From Verrucomicrobiota bacterium (GTDB lineage: Bacteria > Verrucomicrobiota > Verrucomicrobiia > Chthoniobacterales > Terrimicrobiaceae): DNA of 52,664 nt. The stretch covers positions 1 through 52,664 of the forward strand of contig VFJO01000179.1 in assembly GCA_009886045.1 (NCBI GenBank), given 5' to 3'. A program made the translations under genes and the position numbers. The notes under the pieces were generated by a model. That model saw only the letters and a program-made list of their open reading frames with translations, was not told where the DNA came from and did not search any database. Below are positions 43,767 through 52,625 of this stretch, in pieces; position 1 is the first letter of the stretch, and every line of letters begins with the position of its first letter.

Positions 43767-44874
43767 AGACCGAGGTGAAGAAAAGAAAATAGGCTACAAG
43801 AAGCAGCCCGAAAATTACTGCTACGGGTAAAGCGAGGTTGATCCATCGCATTCCGGTCGTTTCCACTTCCAAGCGGCGCAAATTATTCATCTTCGAAGCG
43901 GTCGGATGAGATTCTGCCTCGAGAGCAGCATTCAGAGCAAACCTCAGATGCTCGATCAATTCATCGTAGGATTGATACCTTTGAGAGGGACTTTTTGCCA
44001 TCATGCGATTTATGACATAAGCCGTTTCATTGCAGGCATTTGAAGCAAACGCCTGTAAACTTACGGGGCGGCTTTTGAGCTGTTTGAGAGCTACGAGAGA
44101 GGAGTTATCAGCTTCATACGGAGGGCGGCCGGCCATGGCATGAAATAGGGTGCCACCAAGGCTGTAAATGTCGCTTCGAAAATCCTCTGGCAACTCGTCC
44201 AACTTCTCAGGGGCTACATAGTAGGGAGTGCCCCAAATTTCGTTTGGGGAAGTGGCGACATCGCTCGCTACTACCGCCAAACCAAAATCCACCAACTTCA
44301 CGGTACCTCGATCGGCAAAGAGAATATTGGCCGGCTTGATGTCGCGGTGAATGAGACCAAGCTCCATCGCAGCCTTGAGTCCCTGTGCCACCTGAACCCC
44401 AACTTCAAGAACAGTGATTTCAGGAACAGCTCCAAGTTTCTGCATGAGATCGTCCAGCGAGCCTCCGCTAATTAACTCCATGGCGATGTAAAATTGACTC
44501 CGCGCCTGACCAAAATCAAAAATCCGCACCACATTCGGATGGTTTATCTGTGCGGTAGTGCGTGCTTCCCGGGCAAGCTTTTTGACTTCACCGGACATAT
44601 CACTGATTTCAATCTTGAGAACCTTCAAAGCGACTTCACGCTCGAGATTTAAATCCACTGCCCGATAAGCCGAGCCCATGCCTCCCTCGCCAAGCAGAGA
44701 AGTAATTTGAAACTGATTGAACTTTGAGCAAGCCTTGAACAAATGCCCGCAAGAAGGGCACTCGACATCTGAAAAGGTTAGCATCCCGGATACGTCCAAC
44801 TCAGAGAGACAAGCCGGGCAATCTTCTGCGAAACTCTCCGGCCTAGCGGAGCTGCTGATAGAAAATTCTTGCAT
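43750..44874 (-). CDS. Ser/Thr protein kinase with an N-terminal zinc ribbon and a C-terminal TM tail
   Basis: It has CPAC...CPSC, then the Hanks kinase motifs (GEGGMGSAY, ALK, HRDIKPANILF, DFGLA, GTPYYVAPE). A TM helix lies about 12 aa from the C-terminus. Confidence 0.85.
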   Translation of the reverse strand: MQEFSISSSARPESFAEDCPACLSELDVSGMLTFSDVECPSCGHLFKACSKFNQFQITSLLGEGGMGSAYRAVDLNLEREVALKVLKIEISDMSGEVKKLAREARTTAQINHPNVVRIFDFGQARSQFYIAMELISGGSLDDLMQKLGAVPEITVLEVGVQVAQGLKAAMELGLIHRDIKPANILFADRGTVKLVDFGLAVVASDVATSPNEIWGTPYYVAPEKLDELPEDFRSDIYSLGGTLFHAMAGRPPYEADNSSLVALKQLKSRPVSLQAFASNACNETAYVINRMMAKSPSQRYQSYDELIEHLRFALNAALEAESHPTASKMNNLRRLEVETTGMRWINLALPVAVIFGLLLVAYFLFFTSVFKVVE

Positions 44875-45201
44875 GAAAACGAGCCGCGCAGGAGACGAAT
44901 CAATAAAGCTCCTCCAGTAGTAAGGCGCAATAACAAATTCGCGTTCAGTTGGCCATCGCTACTTGGTATCTGCTATTGGCTCCAGCATACCGATGATCTG
45001 AACACCGACTGGCTCAGTGAGAATGTGGGAGAGGTGTCTTCTTGGACAGATGGAAATGCCACGAGCAACACCACGAAGCGCTTCTACAGGATTTCTTACT
45101 GAGGCAGACTCGGCACAATTTTTTTATTAAACGCTGTTACTCAAAACATCGTGAAATCAGAGTTGCCCCGCCTCGCACTAGGGCTTTAGTTTAACACACC
45201 T

Positions 45202-45933
45202 ATGGGAAGACAATGGCTCCACGCCAAGCGAGAAGTCGCAAATCTGAAAAAAGGCCAAGTCGTTGGCAAACTGGTGAAGGAAATGATGGTCGCCGCGAAG
45301 CTCGGCGGGCCGGACATCGAGGGCAACGCCCGTCTCTATGCCGCTGTGGAGAAGGCTCGCAGGGCCTCTGTGACACGCGACGCCATCGAACGAGCGATCA
45401 AAAAAGGGGCTGGAATCGGCGATGAAAAGCTCACGCTTGAGCATCTCGTCTTTGAAGGCTACGCCCCGCACAAGGTGCCAGTGATCGTGGAAGCGCTCAC
45501 AGACAATGTGAACCGCACGGCTCCCGAAATGCGCGTCCTTTTCAAAAAAGGACAACTCGGCACGGCGGGCAGCAACAAATTTCTCTTCGACAATGTCGGC
45601 ATCGTGGAAGCCCACCATGCGAATTTATCGATCGATCCCGAGGAGACCGCCATCGAAGCCGGCGCAAATGATTTTGTCGCGATCGAAGAGGGTGAGAATG
45701 ACGACATTCCCGCCGGCACCAAGGGTGTAAAATTCCTGACCGAGCGCGCATCTACGGGCACTGTCTCGAAATGGCTCGCACAGCACGAATGGTCAGTTGT
45801 CACCAGCGAACTCGGCTATATCGCCAAGCAATTTCCAACACTCTCCGATGAACAACGCACCGAGGTGGGAGAGTTTTTGCAGGCCCTCGATGACAACGAC
45901 GACGTTCACCGTGTTTGGGCGGCCCTGAAGTAG
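45202..45933 (+). CDS. yebC: YebC/PmpR family transcriptional regulator
   Basis: It begins MGRQWLHAKREVANLKKGQVVGKLVKE...AAK.GG.D...N.RL. The 243-aa length is typical of the family. Confidence 0.9.
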   Translation: MGRQWLHAKREVANLKKGQVVGKLVKEMMVAAKLGGPDIEGNARLYAAVEKARRASVTRDAIERAIKKGAGIGDEKLTLEHLVFEGYAPHKVPVIVEALTDNVNRTAPEMRVLFKKGQLGTAGSNKFLFDNVGIVEAHHANLSIDPEETAIEAGANDFVAIEEGENDDIPAGTKGVKFLTERASTGTVSKWLAQHEWSVVTSELGYIAKQFPTLSDEQRTEVGEFLQALDDNDDVHRVWAALK

Positions 45934-45939
45934 TCCGCG

Positions 45940-47256
45940 ATGGAATCCACTGCCACGCGCTTGGTCGAGCGCCTGAGAGCGGCCGGGCACGAGGCGTTCT
46001 TCGCCGGGGGCTGCGTGCGGGACATGCTCTTGGGCAAAGAAGCGCACGACATCGACATCGCCACCAGCGCCAGGCCCGAGCAGGTGCAGCAGATCTTCCA
46101 CCGCACTGTGGCGGTGGGAGCCGCATTCGGAGTGATCGTTGTGCTTGATAACGACTTCGAGTTTCAGGTGGCCACGTTCCGCTCCGACGGCGCTTACAAG
46201 GACGGCCGACATCCCGAGTCGGTTTCCTTTACGACAGCCGAGGGCGATGCCAAGCGGCGCGATTTTACGGTCAACGGCCTTTTCTACGATCCCATAGAAA
46301 AACGGATCATCGATCATGTCGGCGGCGAGGCGGATTTGAGGGCAGGCATCCTTCGCAGCATCGGAAATCCCGAGGAGCGGTTTTCTGAGGACAAGCTGCG
46401 CCTCATCCGCTGTGTTCGTTTTGGGGCATCCCTCGGCTTCCAAATTGAAGAAGAAACATGGAAAGCCGTTTGCCGCATGGCGCCGCAAATCACGGTCGTC
46501 AGCGCCGAGCGCCTTCGCGACGAGTTGGTGAAAATTTTTACCAATCCCTCGCGCGTCACTGGCTTTGATTTGCTTGATGCAACCGGCCTGCTTGAGATTT
46601 TGCTACCCGACGTGACACGGATGAAAGGCTGCGAGCAACCGCCGGACTTCCACCCCGAGGGGGATGTGTTCGTCCACACACGTCTCATGTTGTCGCTCTT
46701 GCCACCCGAGGTCTCAATTCCCCTGGTCTTCTCCGTACTTTTCCATGACACCGGCAAACCCGGCACATTCCGGCGCGATGAGACCGGGCGCATCCGCTTC
46801 AACGGGCACGAGAGCGTGAGCGCGGAGATCACCACATGCCTCTTTGAGCGTCTCCGATTTTCCAATGCCGAGACTGAAGCAACGGTCGTCGGCGTGAAAA
46901 ACCACATGTCATTCAAGGATGTGAAAAACATGCGTGTGGCGACACTCAAGCGATTTCTGGCGCGTCCCACCATCGAGGATGAAATGGAGCTCCACCGCGT
47001 GGACTGCCTCGGCTCGCACGGCCTGCTCGACAACCACGATTTCCTCCGCGCCAAGCAAGTGGAATTTTCCAACGCCCCGCTCATCCCTCCACCAATCATC
47101 ACCGGTCGGGACCTGATTGCCAACGGATACAAACCCAGCCCGCTCTTCAAAAAAATCCTCGATGCCGTCGAGTGCATGCAACTCGAAGGGGCAGTGACTA
47201 CTCCCGAGGAGGCTCTGGCTTGGGTGAAGGCGCAGAGCGAATTCCAAGCTTCATAA
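45940..47256 (+). CDS. cca: CCA-adding enzyme / poly(A) polymerase family nucleotidyltransferase with an HD domain
   Basis: It has a head-domain GGCVRDMLLG....DIDIAT, an RRDFT.N motif, and an HD motif (LFHDTGKP). Confidence 0.85.
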   Translation: MESTATRLVERLRAAGHEAFFAGGCVRDMLLGKEAHDIDIATSARPEQVQQIFHRTVAVGAAFGVIVVLDNDFEFQVATFRSDGAYKDGRHPESVSFTTAEGDAKRRDFTVNGLFYDPIEKRIIDHVGGEADLRAGILRSIGNPEERFSEDKLRLIRCVRFGASLGFQIEEETWKAVCRMAPQITVVSAERLRDELVKIFTNPSRVTGFDLLDATGLLEILLPDVTRMKGCEQPPDFHPEGDVFVHTRLMLSLLPPEVSIPLVFSVLFHDTGKPGTFRRDETGRIRFNGHESVSAEITTCLFERLRFSNAETEATVVGVKNHMSFKDVKNMRVATLKRFLARPTIEDEMELHRVDCLGSHGLLDNHDFLRAKQVEFSNAPLIPPPIITGRDLIANGYKPSPLFKKILDAVECMQLEGAVTTPEEALAWVKAQSEFQAS

Positions 47257-47878
47257 AGCGCACAACAAACCATCCGGTCAAAAAAGCCAGAGTGATGGAG
47301 ACCAGAACATCCGAGGGATGGTGCGCTCCGAGGGCAATGCTCGACCAAGCCACAGCCGTCGCGCCGACGAGAGCCAACAATCCCCACGCGGGGCTTGCAA
47401 AAACAACCACCGCCGCAAATCCAAAGGCAGTCGCTGTGTGACCGGAGGGGAAGGAGTTGTAGGCCGGCACGCCAACAAGAATGCGGCCATTGTGGTATGG
47501 CCCATAAAAGCCGTATTCGATCTTGGGACTCTCGCGCGGACGTGTGCGGCCCGTCGTGAGACGCGAAGCATTTACAATCATCCCGGTGAGAGTCGAAGCA
47601 ACCATGGCCGCCAGAATAATGCGGCTCCAACGCCTATTCCCACGCGCTCTGGCGATAAGAAAACCAACGGCTGCCGCGACCATGATTGGTGGCCAGTCGC
47701 CCCAGACACGGATCTTCCCGTGGATTTTTGCCTCGGTGGTTTTTTGCCACTTGGCTCCCTGGGCCTCGACGAGTTGCTGCCGGATCGGGAAATCCCATTT
47801 GAAGGCCAAGGCAGATAAAAGCCCTCCCACCAGAAGGATGATCAAGGGAGTTCGATAGACTCGGAGGAAATTCATCAC
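47198..47878 (-). CDS. PAP2-family phosphatase (membrane)
   Basis: It has the PAP2 signature (GRTRP ... PSGHTA ... LGAHHPSDV) and several TM helices. Its 3' end overlaps the convergent cca 3' end by ~59 nt. Confidence 0.8.
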   Translation of the reverse strand: MMNFLRVYRTPLIILLVGGLLSALAFKWDFPIRQQLVEAQGAKWQKTTEAKIHGKIRVWGDWPPIMVAAAVGFLIARARGNRRWSRIILAAMVASTLTGMIVNASRLTTGRTRPRESPKIEYGFYGPYHNGRILVGVPAYNSFPSGHTATAFGFAAVVVFASPAWGLLALVGATAVAWSSIALGAHHPSDVLVSITLAFLTGWFVVRFMKLGIRSAPSPKPEPPRE

Positions 47879-48861
47879 ATTTCAGCGGCTACCTCTGCTG
47901 CGAAGTACGTGAGAATCATATCTGCACCGGCCCGCTTGATGGCCATGAGCGACTCGTCGCGCGTGCGCTTGTAGTCGAGCCAACCGAGCATCGCCGCTGC
48001 ATGGATTTGAGAAAATTCGCCGCTCACCTGATAGGCCGCCAGGGGCGCATCGCAGGCATCCCGAACAGAGCGAATGATGTCTAGGTAGGCACCCGCGGGC
48101 TTGACCATCACGATGTCGGCCCCCTCGTCTAAATCCAGACGCACCTCGCGCAGAGCTTCCCTCGAGTTTGCCGGATCCATCTGGTAGGTGGACTTGCTGA
48201 TCGCATCCTTGCCGATTTTGCTACCCACGGCGTCGCGAAAAGGGCCGTAGTAGGCCGAGGCATACTTCGCGGCGTAGGACATAATGCCAGTGTGTGAAAA
48301 ACCGGCTGCATCCAACGCGCGCCTGACCGCGCCGATGCGACCATCCATCATGTCCGAAGGAGCCACGATATCCGCTCCGGCCTGAGCCTCCAGAACAGCC
48401 AGGTGGCACAAGGCTTCGACGGTTCTGTCATTATCCACGCTGGAGCCAGCCGCTGAGAGGAGGCCATCATGGCCGTGGTCGGTGTAGGGATCGAGTGCCA
48501 CATCGGTTATGACAATCAAATCGGGAAACCGCTTTTTTATATCCGTGACGGCTCGGTAAAGCAGGTTCGAAGATTCAAAGGCATGGGCGCCGACTTCATT
48601 TTTCAGCGAGGGGGGGATGCAGGGAAAAATCGCCACGGCGGGAATGCGTATTGCCAAAGCCCGCTCACAAGCCTTCATCAAGGACGTTTCCCCTAACCTC
48701 GATACCCCTGGCATTGAAGCAATCGCCATATCTTCCCTGTCCTCATGAATGAAGATTGGCCAAATTAAGTCCTCCGGACGCAGAAGCGTTTCGCGTACAA
48801 GCCGGCGGATATTTTCCGAACGCCGATTTCGGCGCGGACGGTGGAGGAAATCGAATGCCAT
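47875..48861 (-). CDS. hemB: Porphobilinogen synthase (delta-aminolevulinate dehydratase)
   Basis: It has RPRRNRRS...R.LV.E, active-site regions (..D.ALDPYT.HGHDG.., MVKPA) and AYQVSGE. The ATG at 48861 is preferred over the TTG at 48876. Confidence 0.93.
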   Translation of the reverse strand: MAFDFLHRPRRNRRSENIRRLVRETLLRPEDLIWPIFIHEDREDMAIASMPGVSRLGETSLMKACERALAIRIPAVAIFPCIPPSLKNEVGAHAFESSNLLYRAVTDIKKRFPDLIVITDVALDPYTDHGHDGLLSAAGSSVDNDRTVEALCHLAVLEAQAGADIVAPSDMMDGRIGAVRRALDAAGFSHTGIMSYAAKYASAYYGPFRDAVGSKIGKDAISKSTYQMDPANSREALREVRLDLDEGADIVMVKPAGAYLDIIRSVRDACDAPLAAYQVSGEFSQIHAAAMLGWLDYKRTRDESLMAIKRAGADMILTYFAAEVAAEM

Positions 48862-48957
48862 GAGCAGAGCGTGCAATTCCAGCGATTGATCGTCAAGACG
48901 CCTCCGCAGAAGTTAAAATCCCTTCCCTCTCTGGCTCGTAGGGTTCATCCTTGCGGC

Positions 48958-49479
48958 ATGGACGCGCAATTTCCAAAAGCCACCATCGAGTCCCTTTGGG
49001 CACCATGGCGGGTTGAGTATTTTCAGGCCGAGCACCGCAGCGGGGTTGATTTCCTTTCCGAGGCGGCTGCGACGAGTGATGACGCTGCACACCTCGTGGT
49101 AGCCCGGCGACCAACTTCTTTTCTTTTGATGAACAAATACCCCTACTCCGCTGGGCATCTCATGGCCGTTCCGTGTCGCAAAGTGTGCAAGATGGCGGAG
49201 GTCACCGAAGACGAGATTCTCGACCTCTGGCGCTTGAGTGTTCATGCACAGAGGTTGCTTGAGATCGCGGTGAAAGCCCAGGGCTTCAATGTCGGCTGGA
49301 ATCTCGGCAAGGCCTCCGGAGCCGGCGTGGAGGATCACCTACACATCCACATCGTTCCGCGCTGGGTGGGCGACTCGAATTTCATCGCCGTCGTCGGCGG
49401 AACCCGGATCATTCCGCAAGGATTGGCGCCACTCTACGAGCGATTGGTTGCCATCGACAAAGAGCTAAATATTTCATGA
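48958..49479 (+). CDS. HIT-family nucleotide hydrolase/phosphorylase (WAPWR-type)
   Basis: From the ATG at 48958 the protein begins MDAQFPKATIESLWAPWRVEYF. It has the histidine triad HLHIHIVPRW. Confidence 0.85.
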   Translation: MDAQFPKATIESLWAPWRVEYFQAEHRSGVDFLSEAAATSDDAAHLVVARRPTSFLLMNKYPYSAGHLMAVPCRKVCKMAEVTEDEILDLWRLSVHAQRLLEIAVKAQGFNVGWNLGKASGAGVEDHLHIHIVPRWVGDSNFIAVVGGTRIIPQGLAPLYERLVAIDKELNIS

Positions 49480-50651
49480 AACCCAACACACTAGGTCCTG
49501 TCACAGCAGGCATTCCCAAAAAACTCCGCCGCAACCGAGAGCCTGCCATCTCGAAAGCCGCAGTCCGCCGCAAGCCGGCACCCTCGCAGGAGTTTTCCTT
49601 CAGTCTCAAACCGGCCGATATCGCTCGGCACCTCAACCGCTTTGTCATTGGTCAAAACGAGGCCAAGAAAGTCCTCGGCGTCGCGCTCTGCGACCATTTT
49701 CAACATGTGCGGCTCACGTTAGAAGGAAAAGAAGCCCCCTTTTACCAGAAGCAAAACGTCCTCTTACTCGGACCCACAGGAGTCGGGAAAACGCACCTGA
49801 TCCGATCGGCCGCCGATCTTATCGGCGTTCCCTTTGTGAAAGCGGATGCCACAAAATTCAGCGAAACCGGCTATGTCGGCGGAGATGTGGACGACCTCGT
49901 CCGCGACCTCATCCGCCGCGCTGGCGGGGACGTGAAGCGCGCCTCGCATGGCATCATCTACCTTGATGAAGTGGACAAGCTTGCAGGATCATCCGAAGGC
50001 GGTGGCCGCGACGTCTCTGGCCGAGGCGTCCAAACGAACCTCCTCAAACTCATGGAGGATGGCGACGTCCCCGTGCTGTCGCCAAATGATGTAACCGGCC
50101 AACTCCAATCCGCCATGAGTGCAGCTCGGGGCAATACGCCGGGAATGCCCGATACGATCTCGACTCGCCACATCCTCTTCATCGCCAGCGGAGCCTTCGT
50201 CGGCATCGATCAAGTCATTCGCGACCGGCTTGCCTCACCACAACTTTCTCTGGAGAAAACTCATGCTCAGGTCAACACGTCGGACTTTATTCGCTTCGGT
50301 CTGGAGCCCGAGTTTGTAGGCCGCCTGCCCGTGCGGGTCGCCTGTCACGCTCTCGACGAAAACGACCTTTTCCAAGTCCTCAGTCGCAGCGAGAGCAGCC
50401 TGATCCATCAATACGAACGCTCCTTCGCAGCCTATGGCATCGCTCTCCACTTCCAACCCGATGCCCTGCGTCGCCTCGCCAGTTTAGCGCGTGACGAAAA
50501 AACCGGCGCCCGAGGTCTCATGACAGCCCTTGAGCGCACGTTCCGCGACTTCAAGTTCCGACTACCCTCTACAAAAATCCGGTCACTTACGATCACTCCA
50601 GAGACAGTTGAAAATCCCACCGCCGCGCTGGCGAAGCTCTTGAAAAAATGA
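49476..50651 (+). CDS. ClpX-like AAA+ unfoldase lacking the zinc-binding domain and the IGF loop
   Basis: It has VIGQ..AKK, a Walker A motif (GPTGVGKT), the pore loop GYVG, Walker B (IIYLDEVDK), RDVSGRGVQ and FGL.PEFVGRLPV. The N-terminus has no Cys. It has ATGA overlaps with both neighbouring genes. Confidence 0.8.
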   Translation: MKPNTLGPVTAGIPKKLRRNREPAISKAAVRRKPAPSQEFSFSLKPADIARHLNRFVIGQNEAKKVLGVALCDHFQHVRLTLEGKEAPFYQKQNVLLLGPTGVGKTHLIRSAADLIGVPFVKADATKFSETGYVGGDVDDLVRDLIRRAGGDVKRASHGIIYLDEVDKLAGSSEGGGRDVSGRGVQTNLLKLMEDGDVPVLSPNDVTGQLQSAMSAARGNTPGMPDTISTRHILFIASGAFVGIDQVIRDRLASPQLSLEKTHAQVNTSDFIRFGLEPEFVGRLPVRVACHALDENDLFQVLSRSESSLIHQYERSFAAYGIALHFQPDALRRLASLARDEKTGARGLMTALERTFRDFKFRLPSTKIRSLTITPETVENPTAALAKLLKK

Positions 50652-52441
50652 CGCGGCCGCTAGTCGTCTTCGATGGGGCCTGCGGATTCTGTCGGCTGTG
50701 GATCGAGCGCTGGCGGGAAATGACAGGCGACTCCGTGGACTACCGCCCCTCCTCGGAGGTGGCAGCAGATTTTCCAGAAATCTCACAAGAAGAATTCGAC
50801 CGTGCGGTGCAGCTGATCCGCCCGGACAGGACGAGGGCATCTGGTGCGGCTGCCGTATTAGAATTGAGCGCACCTCACAGTGTTGCCGCGCGAACAGGGC
50901 TATTTCTAAGCAGGCGGGTTCCGATTTTTGCATGGGCACTTGAATTCGCCTACGGATTCGTAGCGGCGAACCGTGTTGTTTTTTCGAAGCTCACGAAAAT
51001 CCTCTGGGGGTCCTCCGCTCAGCGACCGACCTTCGCCGTCGCCAACGCCGTCTTCCTCCGAGCGCTGGCGCTGATTTTCCTGATCGCCCTGGGCTCGTAT
51101 TGGCATCAGGCAGCAGGCTTGAACGCCATCTTGCCCGTCGCCCCGTATTTTGAAGCCGTCGGCGAGCAACTCGGCACGCAGGCCTACTGGGCCCTGCCAT
51201 CACTCGCTTGGCTATCACCCGGCCTCGCCATTTTAAACACCCTCATCGGAATCGGCGTTGCCGCCTCTCTTCTCGCCCTGCTCGGCACCCTGCAGCCACT
51301 GTGCTTCTTGACGCTCTGGGCCGTCATGCTCTCGCTCTGCGTAGCTGGCCAAGATTTCTACGGGTTCCAGTGGGACGCCCTCCTGATCGAGGTTGGCTTC
51401 CTCGCTGTCTTTCTATCGCCATGGCGGGTGCGCCCAAATTTCTCCCCGTGCGAGCCGCCCCGCCTGGCGCGGTTCCTGGTCATCGCGCTTTTGTTCCGCC
51501 TCATGTTCAGTTCCGGCGTGGTGAAGCTCACCAGTGGCGATCCGGCGTGGCGCAGCCTCACAGCATTCGAGTTCCATTTTTTTACCCAGCCCCTGCCGAA
51601 CCCCGTGGCTTGGTTCGCACATCAACTTCCGGCGGAATTCCTCATCGCGAGTTGTGCGCTCATGTTTTTCATCGAACTCGTCCTACCCTTCGCCTTCTTC
51701 CTGCCGAGGATTCCTCGCCTCGTCGCCGCGTGGTCAACTCTGGCGATGCAGGCTGGCATTGCGCTCACAGGCAATTTCGCCTTCTTCAACTTGCTCACCG
51801 CCGCCTTGTGCCTCTTCCTCCTTGATGACCGCTGCTGGCCTCTACTTCTTCAAAAAAATTCCGCGCCGGTGGGATTTGTGACGCGATGGATCCGAATCCC
51901 CGTTCTCGCCTCGATCCTTCTGCTCTCGCTCATTCCCCTCGCCTCGGCGTTCCGAACGATTCCGGCTTTTCTTACGCCCCTCGCCCATACCCACTCGCTC
52001 CTTGCACCATTTCGGACAATCAATGGCTATGGGCTTTTCGCCGTCATGACCACCACCCGCAACGAAATCCTCGTGCAGGGCAGCAATGACGGGCACGACT
52101 GGAAAACCTATGAATTCCGCTACAAACCAGGCGCTCCCGATCACACTCTACCTGCCGTAGCCCCATACCAACCCCGACTCGACTGGCAAATGTGGTTCGC
52201 CGCACTCGGCCGCGTGGAGACGACTCCATGGTTTCAATCGTTCCTAGCCCGCCTGCTCGAAGGCTCCCCTGACGTTCTGGCACTGCTCGAAAAAAATCCC
52301 TTCCCCGACCAACCTCCCCAATTCATCCGCGCCGTTCTCGACAACTATACCTTCACAACCCCCGAAGAACGCACACGAAGCGGCACTGTCTGGAATCGCG
52401 AACCCCTCGCGATCTACTGCCAGCCAGCATCGCTGCGTTGA
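50648..52441 (+). CDS. Fusion of a DCC-family thiol-disulfide oxidoreductase (DUF393) with a lipase maturation factor (LMF)-like polytopic membrane domain
   Basis: The N-terminus VVFDGACGFCRLWIERW fits the DxxCxxC motif. The remaining ~470 aa are multi-TM, with a C-terminal region resembling bacterial LMF-family proteins (..INGYGLFAVMTT.R.EI...GS.DG..W..YEF+YKPG......P..VAP+QPRLDWQMWFAAL..). The family call is from memory. Confidence 0.72.
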   Translation: MTRPLVVFDGACGFCRLWIERWREMTGDSVDYRPSSEVAADFPEISQEEFDRAVQLIRPDRTRASGAAAVLELSAPHSVAARTGLFLSRRVPIFAWALEFAYGFVAANRVVFSKLTKILWGSSAQRPTFAVANAVFLRALALIFLIALGSYWHQAAGLNAILPVAPYFEAVGEQLGTQAYWALPSLAWLSPGLAILNTLIGIGVAASLLALLGTLQPLCFLTLWAVMLSLCVAGQDFYGFQWDALLIEVGFLAVFLSPWRVRPNFSPCEPPRLARFLVIALLFRLMFSSGVVKLTSGDPAWRSLTAFEFHFFTQPLPNPVAWFAHQLPAEFLIASCALMFFIELVLPFAFFLPRIPRLVAAWSTLAMQAGIALTGNFAFFNLLTAALCLFLLDDRCWPLLLQKNSAPVGFVTRWIRIPVLASILLLSLIPLASAFRTIPAFLTPLAHTHSLLAPFRTINGYGLFAVMTTTRNEILVQGSNDGHDWKTYEFRYKPGAPDHTLPAVAPYQPRLDWQMWFAALGRVETTPWFQSFLARLLEGSPDVLALLEKNPFPDQPPQFIRAVLDNYTFTTPEERTRSGTVWNREPLAIYCQPASLR

Positions 52442-52510
52442 TCCCGAACCTCGCGATAGACGTCGTTACACAAGCCGGACGCGCGTGGAGACACCACTCG
52501 TAAAACAATT

Positions 52511-52625
52511 GGTAGGGCCGCGGCGCCGTCGGGGGCCCAGGACTTAGGCGCGGATACGCCGTTTCGTTTGATCCAAAGGCGGCTACGCCGCGCAAGTCGG
52601 ACGGCGGCGGCGCGCCATCCCTACC
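52511..52625. repeat. GC-rich inverted repeat bounded by GGTAGGG / CCCTACC
   Basis: The arm ggtagggccgcggcgccgtc (52511-52530) pairs with gacggcggcggcgcgccatccctacc (52600-52625). It lies ~70 nt downstream of the DCC-LMF stop and may act as a terminator or be a dispersed repeat. Confidence 0.4.

Noticed and set aside
44875-45201. The 327-bp divergent intergenic region between the kinase and yebC, including a 77-aa track ORF, as a possible sRNA or small gene.
   Set aside because: The ORF product looks random. I could not identify a convincing promoter/terminator pair or a conserved RNA structure by eye.
45178-46488. Minus-strand ORFs of 146 and 231 aa antisense to yebC and cca.
   Set aside because: These are shadow ORFs. 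Both sense genes are clearly identifiable.
46314-47630. A 438-aa minus-strand ORF, the same length as cca, antisense to cca and overlapping the PAP2 gene in another frame.
   Set aside because: Its composition is Arg/Ser/Cys/Trp/Gly-rich and carries no recognisable motifs, which is typical of a stop-free antisense frame in GC-rich coding DNA. Both overlapped genes (cca, PAP2) have clear family motifs.
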